Shown here: piece after piece, positions 55,635 to 64,000 of the stretch
How positions within the stretch are numbered: the first letter of the stretch is position 1
How the letters are laid out: every line of letters starts with the position of its first letter
NCBI RefSeq assembly: GCF_009834535.1
Contig: NC_045697.1
Coordinates: 59,584,001-59,648,000 of the forward strand
Reading direction: 5' to 3'
Origin: Camelus ferus
Taxonomy: Eukaryota
Length of the DNA: 64,000 bases
Program-made: the position numbers and the translations under genes
The notes under the pieces: model-generated
Told to the model about the DNA's origin: nothing
Seen by the model: the letters and a program-made list of their open reading frames with translations, nothing else
Databases searched by the model: none

Positions 55635-56102
55635 TTATCATGCTTTCAGCTGCCGGTAATAGAGTATCCAGAAAGTGACTTAAATAATGTAGATGTCACT
55701 TAGCAGTGAAGTGTAAGCAAGCATTTTAGAGGGTTCATTCAGAAACTCAGCATATCATCAGGAAGCTAGGGCCTTCTGTATTTTCACCCTGTTCTTGGTG
55801 ACACTGCAAGCATTGCACCCTAACGAAAGTGAGTCACACAAGCGGAGATGAAGTGGGTGCGGGAAAATGCTTGCCCTTCTCTCCATTTATGTTACAGATA
55901 AAAAAATTCCTAAGTTCCTTATGCTCATTGCCCAGAAATTTTTCACTTGATTACTCCTAGAATGTCAAAGAAGGGTGAGATTACAACAGTTGGCTTAAAC
56001 AAACTGATTAACTGCTTGGAACAGGGCACACTGTTTCCCAGACCAACTAAATCAGCAACTATAAGGAAGTGAAAAGGGGAAATGGTTGTTGGATAGGCAA
56101 CT
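55635..56102 (-). mobile_element. Old MaLR LTR (MLT1K/L-like)
   Basis: gctttcagctgccggtaatagag...gtgacttaaataat...ctcattgcccagaa...ggttgttggataggcaac. Confidence 0.6.
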
Positions 56103-57909
56103 GATTTTTTTTTTTTTTTTTTTTGGTTTGTTTCACCATAGTTACTGTAGGGGAATCAAGCTGATGTGTAAATCAGGATGTGGAGGATGAGATGTTCACA
56201 TTTAAGGAATGATAGAAGAGTGAGCGTGATTGTATTAAACAACATTTTATTAACTCGCACAGGAACAATTTTTTAAAATGCTGTAGAAAACATTGCTTCG
56301 GGAGAATCTGAGTAAACCTAGTGTCTTGGTAATCATACGACATATTATTTATTATTTTGCATCAATATACTCCTAGTTTCTCATCATTTCAGTGTATGGC
56401 AGGTAAATCAGTATGTCAACTAAAAAGGATGACAAGCAAATGTTCACTTCGATACTCTTTTTCTCCTTAAGTATTCAAAACATACTGTTATTTCAGGAAG
56501 ACGATGGAGTCTATAGTTCCTTACTGAGAGCACACTTTTTTGTTTTTCTCTGTCCTACAACACCCACACACACAGACACTGGGCTGCTACCCTTTGATAG
56601 GTATAGTCTTCAGCTAGGGCATGTACAGTTTAAAAGAATTACTTTCAAATTTATTTATGAATGCCTGAATCTGATGTCTGCTTCTTTAACTTTTCTCTCA
56701 CCCTCTTCTTATGGCTATCTGACACAACTCAGTTTGGCTTTCTGCCAGTCAAATTACATAAGCCTGGAGCATTTTGGCCTCTGTCCTCTAACAACTCTCT
56801 GCTCTTTTAACATTGTTCCCCATTCTTACTTCTTTGCCTTTGGTTATCTGCTTTGGTAACTAAAGCAACACTCACTTGAGTGTGACTGCAGGTTTCTCAC
56901 CCGTGGCTCCTTCTCAGTTCAGCTTGCCAACTGAGCAGTCTAGAGGTTCAAGTTCAGCATCTTTTACTCTAAGATTTTAAAGGCTTTTTCCCCCTACATT
57001 TAAACTTTTTAACAAATAATCTAAATTTTTAAACATTAAACAAATATTCAGAAAAAATTTGTTTTTCCATAAGAACATCTCTCCAAAAGAGAAATCTACA
57101 TACATTTAAACTTCAGTCTATATGTTTTTAAATAAAAAGTGATTGTTATTTAATATGTAAAATTTTTTCTCCTTCCATGGTAACATTTTAAGAAAATACT
57201 CTACAATGTTATATTTTTTGAAGGGATTGGTTAATGATTAATTTTCATCTCACAATATTAAGATTTAAATGTCCATATGGGTATATCATATATAATCTGA
57301 ATAGTGGTTAATATAAAGTTTTTAAAATTTTAAATATTGCCATATTTTAATTCATACACTACTTTATTCATTACCCATCCATGAGTTAAATATTGGGAAC
57401 ACAAAAAAGAAATGTAATATTAAGTGCAAATTAGTGTGGAAGTTTCTGTAGTGAAGAATCATGTATCAATCTGCATTCCACTCAAGTAGACTTCCACCAA
57501 TTTAATTTTATGAAATAATCAATTATTTCCACAAAGATAGGATATAGTTGCAATAGCTGTAGCAATTTACTCTTGCAAAGCATTATGATTATTTTCATTA
57601 AAACAAATTGATTCTGTATTGCTTTTTTCTGAAGATCAATGTGAATCATTGAAGATTTATAGGCAAGAGTAACATAATCAGCTAAGCTATTCCTGTGGTA
57701 TGGCAGAGCAGAGGAGTGGCAGGCTAAGGAGAACAAGGAACAACATTACTCCAGCAATGGCCAGATAATGAACAGCCTTGGTGCCTGAGAGGTGCCTAAG
57801 ATGGCCTTAAATTGCACAGTTTCAGAGGAAGACTAGCAAGTTGAGGGAGTCCAGCCGTCAATATAGGTATACCGCAGTGACTTGGGGCACGGATAAATGG
57901 AGCTGATGC

Positions 57910-58090
57910 GCAGTACAGGCACTGGAGTCAGATGACTCAGGTTTGTGCCCAGCTCTCCACTAACCTGATCTGTGACCTAAGAGGGTATCATTCTCTAAGC
58001 CTCTGTTTGCTCATCTACAAAATAAAAAGAACTGGAGTAGGCACCCCGTTAGCCATCACTCATAAAGTGATGAAGATTAAATTAGATTAA
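57910..58090 (+). mobile_element. MIR SINE
   Basis: ggcactggagtcagatgactcaggtttgtgcccagctctccact...tgtgacct...ctctaagcctctgtttgctcatct. Confidence 0.8.
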
Positions 58091-58699
58091 ACCAGGGATC
58101 CTTATAATGACATTGGGAAGAAACTTCATCATTATTGTTTTAAAGATTCACTTATTTCATGCCTTGCATCCTGTTCCATGAAGTGAAATTTTTTACCGAA
58201 ACAAATGTGATCGAAGTTTTTCATGTCTTTTGTATGCTTCCTTGTATTTCTGTTCTGCTTTCTCCTCCTTTATCTAGAAAAACATCTTTCCTTAAGTTGT
58301 AAATTTTGCATATAAAAACTGATATATTCTGATACATTAATACCAATTCTGGAAATCTGACCTGTAATCTTGAAAGGATAGATATACACGTGGAACAATT
58401 ATGACATGCTTTACAGTTACTTTGAAACTGTTCAATATTGTTACTGCATTAGCTAGTTCAACTTTATTTTTACAAATTATTAGTTTCCTTAATTTTCAAG
58501 CTTGTTTCAGTCATAGTTCTCAGCATCTGATAATTTGATTTTATTTACTTAAATATATTTAATTCATAATTAATATCTATGATTCTTTGTTTTCAAATGT
58601 AGCTTATCAAGTTCTCCTTGAAATACTGTTTTAATGTACTTCACAAAAAACATTATTTTAATGATTTCTCAGACCATCGTAATAGATAAAACCTTGTGT

Positions 58700-59771
58700 A
58701 TTCTTTCTTTTTAGTCTCTAGCATCCCTATTTGATTCTTAGCATTTCCATCTCTCTGCTTATTTTACCCATTTATTCTTGCATGTTATCTACTTTCTCCA
58801 TTAGAGACCTTAGCACACTAATGATAGTTGTTTTAAATTCATGGTCTGATAATTTAAAAATAACTGCCATATCCCAGTTTGATTCTAATGCTTGCATCAT
58901 CTCTTCAAATTTTGATTTTTGCCTTTTAGTGTGCCTTGTGATTTTTCTGTTGAAAGCCAGACACGATATACTCAGTAAAATAAACTTGGTAAATAGCCCT
59001 TTAGTAATGTGCTGTTCTGGTATGGGGGAAGGGAAACACTATACATTCCTATGCTTACATCTCAGTCTTTTAGTGAGCCCCTGCCACTGGGCTGTGAATT
59101 TCACAAGTGCTTTCAGTTTAGTCTCCCCTCTTTGTGCCTCCCTCCCCACCATCATTTGGTGGGACAGGATTGCTAGAGAGGACTGGAGTTCCATATTTCT
59201 TTTCCTCTATGTTTAGTTAGGCTTAGATAGAATTCCAATATGTGAAGTTCTGGCAAAATAGCTTCTCTTGAGGGCAGGTCTTGTTAGAAGAACAGCATGC
59301 CCTGGTGCCTTTCCAAATGGCTACTTTTCCTCACCTACTGCTGGAATCACAAGGGAAATTTTTCTCCAGTCTTCACCAAGAGAAGCTGGTAGAGATTCTA
59401 GAGATGGAACTCACAAAAGTGTGGAGCTCCCCTTATGACTAGTACCCCCTGGAGGTTTTAACTTTTAGAATTGTCTACATTGAGCCTCCAGCAATTTGTC
59501 AGTTACAATTTAGATTTTCCTGCCCTGGTACTGGGTTATCCCAGATGTTTATGCTTGTGGGTTTCTTCTCTGGTAGGTTGTATTTCTCTGTATTCACCTA
59601 TCTGCCTCTCCAATTTGGGGGGGTGGGAGGGGTGGACAGGACAGTAGTCTACCCTGTAACCTAACTTCTCAGGTGGATCTAAGAAGTGTTGATTTTTAAG
59701 GTTTATTTTTTTTACTACATTACATTACATTCATTACATTCTCATTACATTCTGGACAGGAAATGGAAGTC
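58700..59771 (-). mobile_element. Old L1 (L1MC/L1M4-like) 5' region
   Basis: catttccatctctctgctt...ccattagagaccttagcac...atagttgttttaaattc, ending ggaaatggaagtc. The 161-aa ORF at 58731 is its antisense frame. Confidence 0.7.
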
Positions 59772-59956
59772 TGTTATTTTCTTTATAGATCAGTTATGAT
59801 GACTCATTTGGAGCTATAGCATGAATGGAGTTAAGGTAATAAGGAAAAACTAAAGTTAGTCTAACTGAAAAACATAAACCTGAAAGGTATCTGCTGGATG
59901 ATGATATAGAAGACAAGATGGTGAAGATCCAGGGAATGTTTAAAGTAAAAAGATTA

Positions 59957-61092
59957 CATTCCTGACAAAAACTCTTAACAAATTAGATATAGAATAAATC
60001 TACCTCAACATATTAAAGTCCATATATGACAAGTGCACAACTGACATCATACTCAACAGTGAAAGGTCGAAAACTTTTCCTGTAAGATCAGGAACAAGAC
60101 AGGGGTGCCCACTCTAACTACTCCTGTTCAACATAGTACTAGCAGTCCTAGACAGTCCCAGACAATTACTCAAGAAAAAGAAATAAAGGACATCAAAACT
60201 AGTAAGGAAGAAGTAAAATTGTTTCTATTTGCAGATGATGTGATTCTATATATAGAAAATCCTAAAGATTCCACAAAAACCTGCTAAATCTAGTCAAACT
60301 CAGTAAACTTGCAGAATACAAAAGTACCATAAAAAATCAGTAGCTTTTCTATACACTAATAATGAACTATATGAAAAATAAATAGAGAAAATCCCATTCA
60401 CAATAGCATCAAAAACCATAAAATACTTAGGAATACATTTAACCAAGGAAATGAAAGACTTTTATACTGAAAACTATAAAACGCTGCTGAAAGAAATTGA
60501 AGAGATACAAATAAATGAAAAGCTATTCATAGATTGGAAGAACGTTGTTAAAATCTCCATACTACCCAAAGATATTTATAGATTGAAAGGAACCCCTATT
60601 AAGATTCCAATAGTTTTTTTTTAAAGAAACATGAAAAACAACTCTAAAATTTCTATGGGCCCAGAAAAGATCTTGAATAACCAAAGCAATCCTGAGTAAG
60701 GACAAAGCAGGAAATGTCAATAATTCTATAGTAATCAAAACTGTATGGTACTGGCAAAAAACAGACACATAGACTAATGGAATGGAATCAAGAGCTCAGA
60801 CATAAAACCATGCATGTATGTTCAACTAATATTTTACATGGGAACCAAGAATACTCATTGCAGAAAATGTAGTGACTTCAGTATATGGTGCTGGGAAAAT
60901 TGGATATTCATATCTAAAAGAATGAAGCTAGACCCTTAACTTGTACCACTCATAAAAGTAATTTAAAATGGATTATTAAACACTTAAATGTAACCATAAA
61001 ACTAAATAAAAGAAAAATATAAGGCATTATACTGTACATCTTAAAACTTATACCCTGCTATATGTTATTTATATCTAAATAAAACTGAAAAA
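59957..61092 (+). mobile_element. 5'-truncated, internally deleted LINE-1 with 15-bp TSD
   Basis: TSD AAAGTAAAAAGATTA (59942-59956) / AAAGTAAAAGGATTA (61093-61107). RT motif [11 protein letters not shown] (60105-60287). Jumps from ORF2 to the last ~70 bp of 3' UTR near 61025. Confidence 0.88.
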
Positions 61093-61440
61093 AAAGTAAA
61101 AGGATTAGAAGGAATATGAGGACACTTCAGGCATGACACTTATTATGTTGTTTACATACATGATTTGTGTGTGTGTGTGTGTTTATATACTGGATCAGAA
61201 TATAAAATATACTTTTTATAGATTGTGATTAAGAAGTTTGAAGTTACTAGAATAAGTTATATATTAAAATTTTTCTATTTAATTAACTTCCAGGTCAGAA
61301 ATAATTTAAAGACATTTTTATTACAAAGTAACAGAATAATATATCCAAAAGGAACTTCACATGATCAACTTGTCCCTACTCAACTCTTTTGAAAAAGTTT
61401 AAAATATGTTAACTAAAATTGTTTTGAAAGTCTAAATACG

Positions 61441-62855
61441 TTTTGCCTATATTTTCTTTTAAGAGGTTTATAGTGTCTTGCCTTAAACTCTCAGCAATGT
61501 TCTCCTAGGGCAATCTAACCAAGCAATAAAAATAAAAGGAAAAATAAACAAATGGGCCTAATTAAACTTATAAGCTTTTGCACAGCAAAGAAAACCATAA
61601 GCAAAATGACAACCTACAGAATGGGAGAAAATATTTGCAAATGATGCAACTGACAAGGGCTTAATCTCCAGAATATATAAACAGCTCACACAACTTAATA
61701 AAAAAAAAAAAAGCAAACAACCAATCCAAAAATGGGCAGAAGAACTAAACAAGCAACTCTCCAGTGAAGACATACAAATGGCCAATAGGCGCATGAAAAA
61801 ATGCTCAATATCGCTAATTTTCAGAGAAATGCAAGTCAAAACTGCAATGAGATATCATTTCACAACAGTCAGAATGGCCATCATTCAAAAGTCCACAAAC
61901 AATCAGTGCTGGAGAGGGTGTGGAGAAAAGGGAACCCTCCTACACTGTTGGTTGGAATGTAATTTGGTTCAGCCATTATGGAAAACAGTATGGAGATTCC
62001 TCAAAAAACTAAAAATAGACTTAGCATATGATCCAGCAATCCTACTCCTGGGCATATATCCAGAGGGAATCTTAATTCAAGAAGACACATGCACCCCAAT
62101 GTTCATAGCAGCACTATTTATAACAGCCAAAGGGGAAGGGTATAGCTCAAATGGTAGAGCACATGTTCAGCACCCAAGACTTTACTGGTTCAATCCCCAG
62201 TACCTCTTCCAAGTGGAAATCAATGAAGAAACCTAATGACCTCCCCCTCAGAAAACAAACAATGTAACAGCCAAGACATGGAAATAACCTAAATGTCCAT
62301 CAACAGATGACTGGATAAAGAAGCTGTGGTATATTTACATAATGGAATACTACTCAGCCATAAAAAATGATAAAATAATGCCATTTGCAGCAACATGTAT
62401 GGACTCAGAGAATGTCATTCTAAGTGAATTAAGCCAGAAAGAGAAAGAAAAATACCATATGATATCACTCATATATGGGGGAAAAAAAAGATGAACTTAT
62501 TTACAAAACAGAAACAGACTTTCAGACATAGAAAACAAACATGGTTACCAGGGAGGGGAGGGAGGGGAGGGATAAACTGGGAGTTCAAGGTTTGCAGATA
62601 CTAGCTAATATACATAAAATAGAAAAACAAGTTTATACTGTATAGCACAGGGAACTATATTCAATATCTTTTAGTAACTTATGGTGAAAAAGAAAATGAA
62701 AATGAATGTATGTATGTTCCTATATGACTGAAGTATTGTGCTGTACACCAGAAATTGACACAACATTGTAACCTGACTATACTTCAATAAAAACCTATAT
62801 TAAAGAAATCTATCAAATACCAAAATAAATTCACTTTTAAAATACCAAAGAAAAG
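61441..62855 (+). mobile_element. Young LINE-1 with 5' inversion, nested SINE and 15-bp TSD
   Basis: TSD GAAAGTCTAAATACG (61426-61440) / GAAAGTCTAAATATG (62856-62870). Inverted piece 61441-61485. Cys-rich motif [18 protein letters not shown] intact in ORF 61778-62236. Confidence 0.95.
62132..62264 (+). mobile_element. tRNA-derived SINE (camelid Vic-1-like) with 10-bp TSD
   Basis: GGGGAAGGGTATAGCTCAAATGGTAGAGC (A box), GGTTCAATCCCCAGTACCTC (B box), tail aaacctaatgacctccccc. TSD TAACAGCCAA at 62121-62130 and 62265-62274. Confidence 0.9.
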
Positions 62856-64000
62856 GAAAGTCTAAATATGATCTGAATAATTAATGGCCTATGATAAAGA
62901 TTTCTTCTCAGCTATTATAATTTTATTTTCTTCTAAAATTATAATAAATGATAAGTCATCAATATCATTATCATACAAATACAAATTTACTTTGTGGCAG
63001 ACTAGAATTAAAACAACGAATTCTCATTTCTAGCCTCAGGTGTATTTCAAATAATAGTGCTATCTAATTTTAACATTATTTAAATAAATTAACTGAATAC
63101 CTTTAAAATACAAGATAATATTAAAGCTCTGTGAAAATCTACATTATGTATCCTGATATGTCAAAATTATATACCCTTACTTTTTTTCTGGAACTTGACA
63201 TTTTATTAATTCTATTTTTGACTTTCTAGATAAATCATCAACCAACAAAGGAGTATTAATTATTCACAGAATGTTCTTAACTACCCATTACCATACATTC
63301 CTATATTGAATTTGCAAGGTTACTTTTGTAGGTTCTTTAAATAGAATTTATTTTGAAATGTTTAATTGAGAAAATTGTAAGAATTTGGCCTATATCAAAT
63401 AAGTCAAAGAAAAAGCCATATGGAGTTAATTATATAATTTTTTTGTCATTTTATTTCAGACAATGATTCATAGCATGCAGCAATTCAGCATTCCTTGGTA
63501 ACCAAAGGATAATCTGGTTCAAAATGCCCATTTAACAAGAAGTCAATGTGGAATGAGATTTGTATTTTAATAAAGATTTTTATTTTTTCAAAGTATAATG
63601 AGTAATGCCATCCATTAAAAGTTAATCTACTTTGTTAATTTAACAGTCAAATATGTAATTTTATTTACAGGTCAATAGATCTGAATTAGGCTGCTAGTGG
63701 CACAGCTTGAAATAGTATGTACAGGAGAGAAAACTAAGTCCAGAAATGAGGACCAGCCATGTTTCCTCCTGAATTGTACTAGCCATGTGCCCCCATTTTC
63801 TGTTATAGTTCACATTTATTCTCCCAACATTCTAGTGGTTACCTATGCTGCAGACAGAATGTGAAAGAATAAAATTATGATTGCCAGTGCACATCTTGAA
63901 ATAATAGATTACCTTATTAGTCCTTTGCATCCAGCTGTGATGTCTAAAAGAAATTGAGCATACTTTCTAATTGGGCTGGCTGAATCCATGTACATATGAC

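Noticed and set aside
56413..56859. 148-aa ORF in unique DNA
   Set aside because: F/L/S-rich composition typical of T-rich non-coding DNA; no recognisable domain or splice structure.
58731..59216. Longest ORF in the track (161 aa)
   Set aside because: Antisense frame of an old L1 5' region, with a TTG start.
62132..62205. tRNA gene
   Set aside because: The anticodon arm and acceptor stem are degenerate, and the SINE tail and TSD show it is a retroposed SINE.
61778..62236. 152-aa ORF with Cys/His motif as a host gene
   Set aside because: It is the L1 ORF2 C-terminus read into the SINE; the element is 5'-truncated and has no promoter.

Overview
AT-rich, gene-poor mammalian genomic DNA, more than half of it transposable-element remnants. 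A tRNA-derived SINE at 62132-62264 resembles the camelid Vic-1 family, and the young L1 3' UTRs are of cetartiodactyl type, so the source is probably a camelid (inference). I recognise no protein-coding gene: the ORF track consists of L1, ERV or chance frames. The window holds about 13 L1 segments of several ages (four with readable target-site duplications, TSDs), a young ERV1-type solo LTR, an ERVL provirus remnant with both LTRs, PBS, gag and protease traces, and several MaLR LTRs, MIRs and MER elements. Three things stand out. (1) A ~230-bp L1-derived insert at 1049-1277 looks like an L1 5' UTR piece joined directly to the L1 3' UTR at a probable splice junction, i.e. a candidate spliced mini-L1. 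(2) One L1 at 61441-62855 shows a twin-priming 5' inversion, a possible 3' transduction and a nested SINE. (3) A candidate RFX/NF-Y/CRE promoter with a splice donor lies at 48600-48806. Repeat family names come from recalled consensus sequences, and boundaries without a TSD are approximate. I found no evidence for a wholly new multi-gene system.
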